DNA of 64,000 nt. It comes from Selaginella moellendorffii (Eukaryota; Plantae; Lycopodiophyta). The DNA is taken from positions 1,161,014 through 1,225,013 of the forward strand of contig NW_003314300.1 of NCBI RefSeq assembly GCF_000143415.4, given 5' to 3'. The stretch's first letter is position 1. Every line of letters begins with the position of its first letter. Below are positions 37,918-51,001 of the stretch, piece after piece. Position numbers and translations under genes: made by a program. Under the pieces are notes generated by a model, which made no database searches, was not told where the DNA came from, and saw only the letters and a program-made list of their open reading frames with translations.

Positions 37918-37980
37918 CACTCAAGAGCCCTAAAACTTTCAAAACCCAAGAACCCTAAAACACTTTCCCAATTCAACTAT

Positions 37981-39186
37981 TTACATCTCGGCGGATAACT
38001 TTTCTTTCTCGCGCGCCGCTTGCTGCTGGATCCCATAGAGCCGGAAGAGATGATACGCCGAAATGCCCACCACCACGAAAGAAACGAGAGCAGCGATGAA
38101 GCAAATTACAACCGAGATCGCGTAAACCGTGCAGAAGTAGCCGAAAGCGTTGCAAACTTTTCTCCACAGCACCGCCGGAGCTCCTTCCTCGGCCAGGTAT
38201 CCAATCTCGGTTGCCACTGCGGCGCTGCTGAGCAGGAGATAACCCATCATCTGGAAGAAGAAAAACAGAGTGAGAGATTGTCTCAAACACGATCAAAGTA
38301 AGAGTGGATGATCAAACACGATCCTGGAGGAACTTTAAGAAACATGGATCAATGAAAAGGAATTCTTCTAGCAGCAGCGATTAAAGAACGAGAAATCTTC
38401 CGAGTAGCAGCGATTTGACAGGCAGAGAAGAAAAAAGATATCTGTTCGATCACAGCCGAGGATGATAATCAAATCAAAGGAAAGAAATCCTTTTGATCAT
38501 TTGCAGCCCAGCAGAGAAGCATGGAAACACGACAAAAGCACTCATTAACATTTCACGCGATTCACAGGACTATCAAACTTCAATCACGGGCTCGGGAAGG
38601 ACTACGGAGATACCGAGCAACTTGGGACGATCGACAGAGTAGCAAACTTCAAGAACACCGGAAGAACGTACACAAGAACTTACGAAAGCAAAAAGCGAAC
38701 ATTAAATTCTAGAAACTGACCGAGTCTGCGATGAAAGAGATCCAGGCAACGCTTTTGCAATCCACCACTGTTCCCTTGGTCGCGACGAGGCCGATGTTGA
38801 AAAGAAGATGGAGCACCGTGTAGCCGATCACTACTCCCAGCGCATCCACATAGAACCTGGGAGAGAATCAAAATCGAGGAAACAGAGCTCTCGCGGCAGA
38901 GAAAGAGGGAAAAGAGGAGCACTTACTTGAGACCAGTGACGAGCTCATACTTCGCGGTTTTAGTGACGAAGACGGGCCTTGGGAGGCCGAAGAACGGAAG
39001 AGGGACTGAGCCGGTCTCTCGATCGGTGACCATGAGAGCCTCCGAGATGATCACCAGAACCAGCAAGAAGCTCCTCAGCAGGATGATGCTAATCCGGAAC
39101 TCGTGCTCATGATCGCCCATTTTCCTCTCGTCGCCCACTGGACTGCCGCCGGCACTCCCATTCATCGGCTTGCTCGAAGAATCCAT
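37981..39186 (-). CDS. CASPL: CASP-like (MARVEL/DUF588) protein, 3 exons
   Basis: [67 protein letters not shown]. Confidence 0.92.
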
Positions 39187-39835
39187 CGCGGCGAGTAAAA
39201 CAAAAGCTTCTCTTCTCGCGATCGGCAGCCACTGGTAAATGCGGAGACTGGAGCCGTGCTGCTAGAGGGTCATGTCGATCGATTGATATGATAGATATTT
39301 TCCTCCCAGAAATTCCACGCGACAAGCGGACGGTAACCTCAAGAGTGATGAGCAAAGAGAATGAGGAACACCGGAAAGCGAGCGATCGCTCGCCTACGGC
39401 TCGATCGTGCGGCGGAGGATTGGGAACAAGAAAATCCATGTGGAGCAATGAATTCGCGCGCTCGTCCAGCTCGTCCTGCCATTCAATGCTGTCGCCCATC
39501 TGTCGCGAGCACAAAACAAAAAGAAGACGAAGACCTAAAAAGAGGAAAAGATTCGATAGCACATTCTTTTGGCGCGAGCCGCCAGGTAATATACCGGCAG
39601 TCAAATCACGGCCGTTAGCTGCCGGGATATTCGCTAGGCTTTTCTCTCCTCCTCGATAAGGGGCGCTTGCGTGTCGAAGATCCGAGGCGCCAGCCCTAGG
39701 GCGTCACTGCGCGCTCCTCCATCGATCCGCGCCATGGTAAGACGCTCCCAGGGGAGTGGGATCATCCCGGGGTTAGGGTTCTTGTAGGATGGACAGCGCG
39801 ATCTAGAGAGATCTCCGGGGCAGCGGCAGTGAGAA

Positions 39836-41400
39836 ATGGGAGCTGTGACGTCCACTGTGGCTGCCAAGTTCGCGTTTTTTCCCCCGAATCCGCCATCGTA
39901 TAGGGTAGTCAAGGACGAGGTGACTGGGAATTTGATGCTCTCGGATGTGCCGCGCAGCGATTCCGTGGATGTGAGAATTTTGAGAACCAAGAGGGGGCAG
40001 GATATCGTGTCCCTCTATATCAAAAACCAGGAGGCTCGTCTCACACTTTTATACTCCCATGGCAACGCTGCAGACTTGGGCCAAATGTATGAGCTCTTCC
40101 TCGAGCTAAGCCGTCACCTACGAGTAAATCTCATGGGGTAAGCTTCTTCTCTTCTCTTGCATTGTTTTTCTTTTTCCTTTCTGTTCTTCATGGTTTTGAG
40201 CTCATAGTTTTACTTCTGGAATGTGTGCGTTTTCTTGTTCGTTTTCGTGCCATGGTTAAAGCTCTGGTTTTTTCTTTGCACTTTACCATTGGATTGAGTG
40301 GATTGTGTCTGTGGCAGCTATGATTATACAGGGTATGGAGCGTCCACTGGAAAGGTAAATGTCCCAGGCAGGTTTTGTCCGAAGAACTTTGTCTTTTGAC
40401 AGTTTCTCTTTTGTGAGCTCGCAGCCAACGGAGTTTAACACGTATGCTGACATTGAGGCGGTCTACGAGTGCCTGGAGCGCGACTATGGTGTCAAACAGG
40501 AGGACCTTGTCCTGTATGGACAGTCCGTTGGGAGTGGACCGACACTCGACTTGGCAGCGCGACTGCCAAGGCTCCGGGCTGTAGTTCTTCACAGCCCGAT
40601 TCTATCTGGACTGCGAGTAATGTATCCCGTGAAGCGCACGTACTGGTTTGACATCTACAAGGTACTTTGTTGTTTTCTCTTTTCACTTTTCCCAGCACGC
40701 AAGCTCCGCTCACTGCTTTTTTTGTTTTCGCGCAGAATATCGACAAGATAGGCCAAGTTAACTGTCCAGTTCTCGTGATTCATGTAGGTGATGGGATGGA
40801 AGGGATTAGTTCCACTCCATTCCCTCTGAGAGTTTTCTTTGTCCTCTTTTGATTCTCTTTGCGTGTTTCGGCAGGGAACCTCGGATGACGTTGTGGATTG
40901 CTCGCATGGAAAGCAGCTCTGGGACCTCTGCAAAGAGAAGTACGAGCCGCTGTGGCTCAAGGGCGGTGGCCACTGCAATCTGGAGCTTTATCCGGAGTAC
41001 ATCCGGCACCTCAGGAAATTCATCTCCACGCAGGAGAAGGCGGCGCTGGGGAGGAACCGATCGAGCAGGAAGAGCACAGATCAACAAAGTGAGCGAACAC
41101 TGACTTGCTAAAAGAGCCAGACGATCGAAACCAAACGGAAAGCAAAAGAGAATACCATGCTAACTTTTTAAGTGCGGGTGTGTTCATTCGTTCATTTGTT
41201 TGTGTAAATACATAGCTTGTGATACACTTATTATTCCAGAGCTATTCTTTGTGTCTTTTGGGAAAGCTGACGAGATGGATAAAGAGAGGAATCCACGGCC
41301 CAAAACTTTAGTCCTTGTCTCTATAGGAGAAAAATTCTCCCCGTGCTTCACAGTATCACAGAGGAGAGAGAGAGAGAGTCTCGCACACACTTGTGGATGA
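39836..41400 (+). CDS. ABHD17: ABHD17-like alpha/beta hydrolase (protein depalmitoylase)
   Basis: [61 protein letters not shown]; last exon/stop uncertain. Confidence 0.93.
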
Positions 41401-41469
41401 AGACCACTCGACTTTAGCTCAACATCGCAGCAAGAAGAGGTTGAAAAGTTGTGAGACGATTTGGAAACC

Positions 41470-42213
41470 ATGCTCGAGTTGTATGAGAAGCGCAGGGCGC
41501 TGCTGCTGCTGAGGCTTGCAGCTATGTTCTTGAGCCTCGCTGCCTTGCTCATCACAGTTCTCAATCGAGAGGATGGTTTCTTTTCTATCAATGTCTTTGG
41601 ATCGCCACAGCCAATTCTCGCCAAAGCTACCGCCGATTTCACGCTCGTCAAGGGACTTAAGTCAGTGCAATCATTGAAAATCTTTGAAAGCCTGCTGATC
41701 TGATGGTTCTTTGTAAAGGTTTTTCGCGGGAGCAATGGGCATTGTGGCTGGCTACTCTTTCCTGCAGCTAGCAATCGCAATGGCATCAATTTTCTCAGGA
41801 GCTCCAAGCATCTTGGGAGGGAAACGTATGGCATGGCTATGCTTCGTGGGAGACATGGTATGTGTGTTAGAACAACTCTTTTTCTTTCTCAAAAAAAAAA
41901 AGAAAATACCAAGGAATTTTTCTGAATTCTGCAGACAGCGTCGCACCTGTGTGCGGCTGCAGCTGCGGTTTCTGCACAGCTGGCGTACTTGGGCAAGCGA
42001 GGCGCACCAATGTGGAGTGCGGTGTGCACATATTTCAGTCACTACTGCCTTGTGTTTGGTTTGGCCGTGATTTTGGCCTTCTTGGCCACTCTGGCAGCAC
42101 TTCTGGTGGCTTCAATCTCTTCGTACCACCTGTTCCGGCTGTATGGCATTCTGCAGCAGCAGCAGCAGCAGCAGCGGCGACAGCAGCAAGAGCATGTTCA
42201 AGACAAGCCATAA
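41470..42213 (+). CDS. CASPL: CASP-like protein, 3 exons, C-terminal polyQ
   Basis: LLLRLAAMFLSLAALLITV, YSFLQL, AWLCFVGDM, WSAVCTYFSHYC, SYHLFRLY. Confidence 0.92.
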
Positions 42214-42714
42214 CACAAACAATGGCCTCTAGTCTTAAGATTGAAAATTAAATCAACTAATGTATAATTTAAGTAAATATATCATTTTTCTTATTACTTT
42301 TTAATTTCATTTTCTTATTACTTTTTACTAATACTTGGGATCCCTTTAGGGCGTATGATGTGTTTTGTGCCCTATACGCAATGTACAAGGAGCTCGTAGT
42401 GGATGAAGTTTGCAGCCGATCGATGAAGAAGACGATCCCTCGTATTATCAAGAGTGGCCACCAGCAGCGCCACCATCACAGGAAGCCTCCGCTCGCGCCC
42501 CACTGCCATGGGGCGACGAGTTGCAAGCTTTGCATCCTCCAGCAGCAGCAATGGGCGGATCTCGAGCTCCATCTCTCTCGAGCGATCACTCTCTCCGCCC
42601 CTAGCGCCGTGGAGATGAAGATCCCACCACCACCATCAGTTCCAAGTGTGGTGGAGATGGAGATGGAGATTCCATCAGTTTCAAGAGTGTTGGAGATGGA
42701 GACTCCTTGCAAGT

Positions 42715-43070
42715 GATCATTGACATTCTTATGCCACAACTGTTGTATAAAAGTGTTGTAAGAAATGTTCTATGGACAAGGTTAAGCTTTCACAAGAAAC
42801 AATCCTTTTACCACAATATTTTTAAAACTTAGGGCTCTTTCATTTCGCCTCTCCGTGCATTTGATCATTGACATTCTTATGCTCTTCTTTCACAACTTGT
42901 ACCTTCCATGAGAACATAATCATAGGAAAATTTCATGGAACGATCTGACCAACAATTCCAATTGATGTATGGATTAAAGTGATGTAAGAAATAAGCTTTT
43001 CAAACAATCCTTTTACGACAAATCTAAAAGATATTTTTAAAAATTAGGGCTCTTCCATTTCGCCTTTTTG
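42715..43070. repeat. Imperfect local direct duplication upstream of the rolling-stone-like gene
   Basis: gatcattgacattcttatgc at ~42716 and ~42863; aagtg.tgtaagaaat...caatcctttta...atatttttaaaa.ttagggctctt.catttcgcct at ~42750 and ~42978. Confidence 0.75.
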
Positions 43071-43087
43071 CTTCCTCGTTCTCGGGG

Positions 43088-44475
43088 ATGACCTCTCTCC
43101 TCCAATTCCTCGAAGTGGAATGGCCCTTCTTGCTCTGCATCCTCGAGGTCGGCCTCTGCGTCGCCGCTGCCATCGCCGTCGTCGTCAAATTCGAAGCCCG
43201 GCCCTCCACGAAGCGGATCGATAGTAGCGGGAATGGCGGCGACGCGGCGGCGCTCGCATCGATCCAGCTCTTCCGCTGCTCCTCCGGCGTCCTCCACCCG
43301 GCCTGGCTCGCCGGGATCCGGGCAATCTCTTTCATCTACTTGCTTAGCATTTGGATTATCAGCTTCGTCGCCAACGGCCCATTGTCGCTCGTCTTTTACA
43401 CGCAGTGAGTTACTATTAGCGCGAATTTCTCGTTGATCTCCTTCCTTGCTTCTCCAGATGGACTTTCACATTGCTCGTGATCTACTTCGGGGTAAGAAAG
43501 TTCCACCTCTCGATTCTTCTCATCGTGTTTGTTCTTTGATTTTCAGCTAGCCAGTTATATAAGCATCGCCAAGCTCGTTTCCGGCGCCGCCAAGGAAAAG
43601 AAGATAGTTCTGCTCGAGGAGAGCTTGGGCGACGAGGAAACTGGGAATTTCATCGAGCAGGAAAGCATTGCTGACGCTACCGAGGACGAAACGGATGCTT
43701 CGGCTGGATTCATCGGCTATGCAACGCTTGTTATCTTCCAGGTACTTCGAAGAACTTGGATGGAAAATCTGATGGTGGTTTCTTTAGACGGCTACCGCGG
43801 CATCGGTTTTGACTGACACTGTCTACTGGTTCATCCTCGTCCCGTATGTTCTAGCCAGTCCTTTCTTCGACTTAAACTTCGTAAGCAAGAACAAGAGAAA
43901 AAAGATATCTTCGTTCGCTCACAATTCCTTCAAGTTCTCCACCCGCAGGTAAATATCAACATGCATGGCGCCAATGCGATCTTTTTGCTCGTGGAGCTCT
44001 TCCTCAATGACTTGGTACTCATCAAGCTTTTGTTTCTCATCCCGCGGGTTCTATAGTTTTGATTCCACAGCCTTTTCCATGGTTCCGTGGCGCTTATTTC
44101 GTGTTTTGGACCGCTGCATACGTTGTTTTTCAATGGTTCATCCACGGGACAAGGCTCCTAACATGGTAACGAACGATCCTTCCAAGATTTCCATCGGTTT
44201 TTAATAATCTCTCGTCCTTCTCTCAGGTGGCCATATCCTTTTCTCGAGGTCTCAACGCATTATGCTCCGGCGTGGTAAGTCTAGACGAGAAAGAACAAAC
44301 TGGAGGGAGTTAATATTTTTTTTCCTCTGTTTTCATTCTGCTGGATTCGTTTCTTTACAGGTACTTTGGCCTCGCCTTCGCCCATTTGATTTGCTTCCTC
44401 ATTTGTTTAGCACTGGCAAGAACCAAACAGCCAGTGATCAGCTATTTTGTCAGCAGGAGTGCTCGTCAGAAGTAA
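43088..44475 (+). CDS. Rolling-stone-like multi-pass membrane protein
   Basis: FYTQWTFTLLVIYF, LTDTVYW, NMHGANAIFLLVELFLN, WPYPFL, APAWY; multi-exon. Confidence 0.85.
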
Positions 44476-45486
44476 CAGCCGAGGCTGCCTCGTCGTAAGG
44501 GACAAACCCCTGGAGCTCCGGACCATTGAGACGGGGATTGTTATCAAAGCTGCGCAAGGAAGAGACAAACAAAATTCTATGAGCTACTTTCAAAGAAAAA
44601 CAAAACTCTTCTTGTACCTCTTTGGTGAGAACTGAGCGAATGATCCGGAGGTCGGGATTGTGCCACACAAATCGTTGTCAGAGAGATCCCTGTAGAGATT
44701 AAGAAAGAGAGGTTGCTCCAAAACTGCAAACATCGGAGCTTTTCCGACCGACTTACACTATTTTCAGGCTCGAGATTGACGACAGTTCCCTTGGGATTTG
44801 TCCCGAAAGTCGATTCTTGTTGAGACGCCTGTAAGCATCAGGCATTAGTTTAAAGAAAAACAAAGGAGAAAGTCAGGCTGCTTACAGGAAAGCAAGAGAC
44901 TTGAGTTTTCCAAGTGATCGAGGAATGGGGCCAGTCAAGTTGTTCATGTACAAGTCCAAGCTCACGAGCTTCTTCAAGTTGCCGAGCTCCTGGGGGATGT
45001 GCCCAGCAATATTGTTCTTGTAGAGCTCCCTAGAAATCAAAGAATTCATGCTCAAAAGCACTGAAGCTACAAGAAACTTACAGATGACGAAGGTTTTCTA
45101 GCTTTCCCAGCTCTGGGATCAGCACTCCGGAAAGCTTAGCGTTCCCAAGATCCCTGGAAACAAAGAGGCATGATCAGTGAGCTCAGGGGAAAGGAAAAAA
45201 AAAAAACAAACAAACAATCACTCTAGTTCTTACACTCTTATCACTCGATTCTGGTTGTCACAAGTGATATGAAACCAAGTACAAGGATCCACCAGCGTTG
45301 GATCCCAGCTCTGGAGCACATTCTCTGGATCGACCAAGCTCCTCCTCAGGGAATGGAGAATATCGCCTAGAAAAGAAAATATGACAAGCTCAAACAAGCT
45401 GCGCTCCTACCTTCGACATTTCCAGCCGCGATCCACAGCCCCAGCGCCAGGATCACTGCCGCGAGCGCTCCTACCGCCGACGCCAT
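44450..45486 (-). CDS. LRR1: Extracellular LRR protein (SERK-ectodomain-like, LRR1/LRP)
   Basis: Signal peptide, [65 protein letters not shown]; no TM or kinase. Confidence 0.92.
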
Positions 45487-47418
45487 AGCAGTGCGTGCCC
45501 TAGGCAAGAGATCCCTGGGCGCGCATGGGAGAGATTAGACCTATCAAGCCAAAAAAGATTTGGGGGCGCTCTTGTCCGTGTGAGGGGAGCGTTTTCCAAG
45601 CACGATGATCCCTCCTGGTACGCCTGGGGTCAGGCCAATGATGTAATGACACGTGTCTAGTCGCCTGTCAGAGCTGACGTCACAGCACTTACTTAAACGG
45701 ACGGTGACGATTGTTTTTAGGTTATTCAACATTAATCAAGATTCTGTTGACTTTCATTGACTAAAGGTTTCTAACATTTACTCATACTTAACACACTGGA
45801 GCCACGGGCGTTTGTTTACCTGGCGTTTGTGTTCTTCGTCTTTGCCGCTAATCACCTCTCGCCTGAGCTAATTCCAGCTTCAACGCACCCTAACACCTTT
45901 TGATCGATTAAAGTATGATCATCTTGCACCTTTCTTCGAGGAAATCTTTGTTGCGCCGCTCAAAAGTGCTAGAGACACAAAGCCTTTAGATCCACAACTC
46001 AACATTTTAAACATTATAAACCTCATTAAAAGAAGGTAAATCTTGTTCTGAGTATTATGAAGGGGTTCATTCGACACCATTTCATTTAGTGTTTATTTGC
46101 CAAATTTTTTTATATAACAAGAAGTCTTCACCCAAGGTTTCACCATTTTCTCATCACCCATCGCATTCATGTGGCAAACCTGGAGTGCACATGACAAGAG
46201 CTCTGAGAAGACCTGTGTCAAGCCGAGCAGCCCAGCTGCTTTCTTCATGCTCGGCGCCGTTTTCTCAAAATTCTGGAAGCCCTTTACTTTCTGCTCAGGG
46301 AACTTCTCATCCAGAGCGCAAGAGCTATCAATTTCCCAGTGAAAGATCTCCTCGAGGCTAGCATCTTTGATAAAGCTCTTCCTTGCGAAGGCGATTGCAG
46401 CACCGCAAACTCTGCCAGAAACATCGGAGCTTTTCCTTTGTTTCACTGGGTGATGGTTTAAAGTTGTAAGTCAACCCACATCGTCCATACTGCGGCTGCT
46501 CACGCGCTTCTGTTTGTTTTGTTCATGAATCCTCGTACATTTTCGGCTTCTTCTCCCAAAACTCTTCGATGCGAGGAAGCTGTTCTGTCCCCACTTCTCA
46601 CCAAGTTGCTGGCGGAAAACCCAGAAACCTCGGATGCCATGCTCACAGTCTTCCATGTCTCCTCCTCACGACTACTCTCGACAGAAAAAGCCCAGCAAAT
46701 GTTCTAAGAACTTGTGGCTCTAGCAAACTTGATCCTCGCCCAGCAGCTTCTCTGCGAAAATCACAGCCCTCTTAGATGCTCGGCAAAGCTTAGAACATCA
46801 GGCTGCTTATCTTTCTCTCCCAACAGCCCCGGCTCAATAGCATTCGTCCCATCCATACTTCTTTACCGTAGCCTGTGCTGTTTCCACGAGATCCAGTTCC
46901 GCGTCTTGAAAGTCGTGCTCGAGACAAAACTCGTCAAAAGATTCTGTCTAATTGCGTTCATATGTATTTCTAAATTCCCGCTCGCTCGCCTTCGTGCTAC
47001 TCCTCGAGCCAGGCCACTACACATCTGTCCTGCACGGCGCATCCATTCTGCGCTCCTTCGGCCACACCACCAGAGCCGCAGTGTGATAAACGAGTCTGTG
47101 TCACCACCATCATTCCCACTGTATGGTTCCTTTTGAATCGCAGAAGTGGCACATTACTACCAGCCTAGATCCAAACTATAGTCATCCAAGTGCTCGAGTT
47201 TTCCATCGTCTATGCTCTCCAGTTCTGGATGCTGTAGCTTGTCTCCTCCTCGGTGTCAAACGTATCTTTCAAGGTGGTTTGCTTTGATGGACGCAGCTCA
47301 TGCTTGAAGCTTATAAACCTTAACAAATGTGAAAAATTAACCACTTACGCAAATAAAAAACATTGAAAAAAAAATTGCCGCGATTTACAGAGAATCTGAA
47401 ACAAGAAATTTGTTTCCC

Positions 47419-48410
47419 TTAGTACTGTGGCCGCCGGCGCAACCTCAAAGGTGGAACTTGTGGCAATGCATGGTTTCTAATGGGGGGAACTTGTTCTTCC
47501 CAGCCCTTCTTAGAGCCTTGGCTTCCTCTTCCTGCAGGGAAGAGAATTCACTTTAAGTCTTGGAGAAAGACTGAAAAGCTTTGGTACTTACCGAAATACT
47601 TGTACTGATCATACTTTATCGGATTGGGTTTTCCTCGGGAGCTCCTCAAGTAATCTAGATGACGAGCTGGAGCAGTCTTCGGACGAGACAAACGATCAAA
47701 TGCGTCTTGCCTACACAAAGATTTTCGATAAAAGAAGTGCGAGTAATAAATAACAAGCTTACTTGAGCAATAGATTTCTTGATGGCCCTTTGTGCTTGGC
47801 AGATTTGATAGTTACTCTGTTCTTGGAATCCTTGTTGGTGGCTTCCGTGGCGTTGACCTGTTGCTGCTGTGTCGATGTTTCATTTAGTAGATCCGACAGC
47901 CTTGGAGATGGAGTGGAGGCAGCTTTTCTAGAATTTTGCTGGTGCTCTTGTTCTTCGCAAGACACGTCCGATCGATGCGAAGGAGGCCCATCATCTGTCC
48001 AGGGAAGAAAACAGTAACAGATAATGGTCTATCATCAATGAAAAGAAAAAATTTCGTTAACCATGATTTGATTCGCTTGTGATGATGAATGATAGAAATC
48101 AAAGTGCCAAACCAGTAGCTGAGTTGTGAGCTCGAAGCTGATCCAACTGCGCCTTGCACTCCATGAGCTCTTTCAAGAGCATATCATATTTCTTCTCGCA
48201 ATCTGCGTGTACTGTCGAAGGCCGCTTGACGAAATCCTTGGAGAAAAAAACCAAACCAACGCTGATTTCCAAGCTAGAAAATTCTCACTTACCGGCTTGT
48301 AGAAGCTATAGAATTTCCCATAATCCATGTTCGTCGTCGCCCATGGCTCGAAATTGGCCTCTCCAGGCTCAGCATCGTAGCCCACTAGACGAAATCCACG
48401 CCAAGGATAA
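47419..48410 (-). CDS. Unknown multi-exon protein with coiled coil
   Basis: Five exons join in frame via GT-AG introns: ...WATTNMDYGKFYSFYKP|DFVKRPS...LDQLRAHNSAT|...|QDAFDRLSRPKTAP...|...RRRPQY*; start not resolved. Confidence 0.6.
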
Positions 48411-49117
48411 GCGCTGGCGAAGATAGGAAGATTTTAGCTGCTTACTCTCTCGGATCGGAGCGCCAAGCTCACGCCATCTCAGCCCCGATGAACCCTAGCC
48501 CCTGGGCACCTAGCCCTAGAGCCGTTAAGATGCTTTTCAAAATTGTCGATCTGAACCGTCGGATCGGAAAGTGAATCGGACCGCTAGGAATTGCTTAAAT
48601 TCATATGAGAAGTTCCAAAATATTAACCAAGGGAGTACTTTCATTGCTTGTCCCAGCAATCTCTTTCCACAATGCCACCAACTAACCCTCAGCTAGCCCA
48701 CTCCTAGAGTCTATCTCCAACACACTACCACTCACACTATATCTCATATTAGCCAGTATGAGTAATTTGATAATTTAGCTTTTATAGAAGGTGTGAAAAA
48801 CATTTTTGTACCATAAAAATTATATGAAAAACATCCATGCAACCAAAATTTATAACTTGGAACAAAGGATGGTTAAGAATTTTTTAAACCATAAAAAAAA
48901 ACACTTGAAGCCCATTCACAGTAAACATAAGTGCTATGTCTATTTACCATAACTATTTTATAGATGCCTGAGTTCTTTTCCATAAGCAAAATAAATTTCT
49001 TCACCACCTTAAAACTCAAAGAATTGTGTGTAATGTAAGGAACCAATTCCCCAAGGTGTCGTAGGCTAAAAAATCCCTAAAAGCATGACCGAAATGATAA
49101 AAAGTTTATTGGATGGG

Positions 49118-49310
49118 ACTGAGTCTGAGATCGAGTTCAAGACCAACTTTGAGATCGAGTTCGAGACAGTCCGGGATCAAGTTCGAGGCTGACTCCGAGA
49201 CCGAGTTCGAGACAAAGTCCGAGATCCGAGATTGGGTCCGAGGTCGAGTCCGAGGTCGAGTCCAAGATCGAGTCCGAGATCGAGTCCAAGGTTAATCGAG
49301 TCCAAGACTA
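49118..49310. repeat. 12-bp minisatellite (ccgagatcgagt-like)
   Basis: Repeated ccgag[ag]tcgagt units with variants. Confidence 0.9.
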
Positions 49311-50895
49311 AATCTGACTACTAATACAGGTCAAAGGGTGAAAGCTTAAAGCATGTGTCACTAAGGGGGAGGGGAGGATGCAGAGGGTTCCAAAAGTATA
49401 GTAGGGATAGTGAGGTTTAGGAACTAGTCTTAAAGGAACTCTCTAGTAGTGCTTTCAAACTAACTTGAGGTTGAGACTGGGGCCGAAGAGCCTTAGGTGG
49501 GAGTGAGCATGGACTCAGGTGGTGCCACCCAAAGAAGTGCTTAAAAGTAGCTTTCACTCCTAGAAGGGTAACTGACTATGGTGCTCTGGAATGGTGCCCC
49601 ACTTGAGTACCTTGCAACTCATTAATCCTCACCCTTCCTAAAAGTTTGGGCCTTCCCTTCATGATGGAAGTGGGGGGGGTAGAGGTACCTATACTGGGCC
49701 ATTAAGCCACGGTGTTTCCTTTTGATATTTCGAAACAAGTGTTGCATCCAAGGCTTGGGATTTGAAGGGTCCCATGATCAAATCTTGTTGTACTAAGGGA
49801 TGTTAAGAATCTGGAGGCTTGGTGTGCTTGCCTGCTTGTGCCTACGGGGAGTGTAGCTGAACCTTAAGTCTAATTTAACTTAGGGAAGGGGATGGGGAGA
49901 GATTAAAAATTTGTGGATGGATGGTTAATGCTTCATTGCTCGTGCAATGAGTAGTTGAAACCAAGACCAAGTAGGAGCTAGTATAATAGGCAAGAACTTT
50001 GGCGAGGGAACTTAGCTAAGGCCAAAGTAGTGTTAATTAGATAGACGAGATAAGCTTGTAAATTGGAAAGGAAAAATTTATAACTTACAATAATACATAG
50101 ATTGAAAATAATGTTAAACCACTACCCTAAATGTTCTTGATATAAACTAAAAACTTTGGTTTTTGAATTTTCACTATAAGATGTAGAAAAGCCACTATAG
50201 TATACATTTGAGTTGTATCCATGATAAAGTCTATCACATTTATGTTATCATTAACCCCTTCACAAGAGGATAATCTTTGTTATGATACCTAGCCTTGTGG
50301 CAATAAATAAATTGTTGCCTTTCTTTCATTGGTCCAAATGAAGTTTTTTAGCCTTATTTCGATCTCCATTTTTTAAATACTGATGCAACAACAATCATTT
50401 CTTTCCCAAATATGAAGCATTAGCTAATTAACCATTATATTGACTTCCTTGTTGACCATTTTCTTGACCAATATTGATCTAGATGACTTTTGGCAAAAAT
50501 ATTTAAATCTTAATAATAACATCAATCAATGTTGTTAGAAAATCCTTCTTGACTTTTTTTCCACATCCATTGAGCTCAAACTTTTGGTGAAATATTACAC
50601 CTTTAGTAGCTTGTTATAGATGCTTAAGGTCACAAAACTTACAAGCATATGCAAGTCCTTATATAATCTTTAGTAACTAGTTCACAAGATCAACCTCTCC
50701 AAACTTTTTAACATATAAACCTTCTTGAAATCACTCCAAAAATTTGGCTTTGAATTTTTAAAGCCAAAAGATGACATCATTATTTTTCTTTTCTTATTTA
50801 GTTTCCTCTAGATGAGGATCATATTTATGCAGACCTGTGCATCCCTGCTCATGTGAATTTTATGGCAAAACAGGAGCAACATGAGTAGTTTGCTC

Positions 50896-51001
50896 CAGAG
50901 TTCATGGGCATGGAAATCAAGATGAAGATGATCAAGGTATAATTCCCAAAAGAAAAGCAAGAAGAGATTTTGATCCCAACCCTTTTCCAAACCTCCCATA
51001 A
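50896..51001 (+). pseudogene. Inverted, mutated copy of part of the secreted-peptide gene at 54200-54508
   Basis: RVHGHGNQDEDDQGIIPKRKARRDFDPNPFPN vs LVRGRGNQEEDDQAVVPGRRARRDFDASPFPS. Confidence 0.8.

Noticed and set aside
42360-42716. ORF with VVEME..PSV repeats
   Set aside because: Low-complexity, no domain or splice support.
46090-47140. Coding-like minus-strand remnants (possibly PPR-related)
   Set aside because: Frames are heavily interrupted and I cannot assign a family from the sequence alone.
49118-49310. CRISPR-like periodic array
   Set aside because: 12-bp tandem units with no unique spacers; eukaryotic minisatellite.
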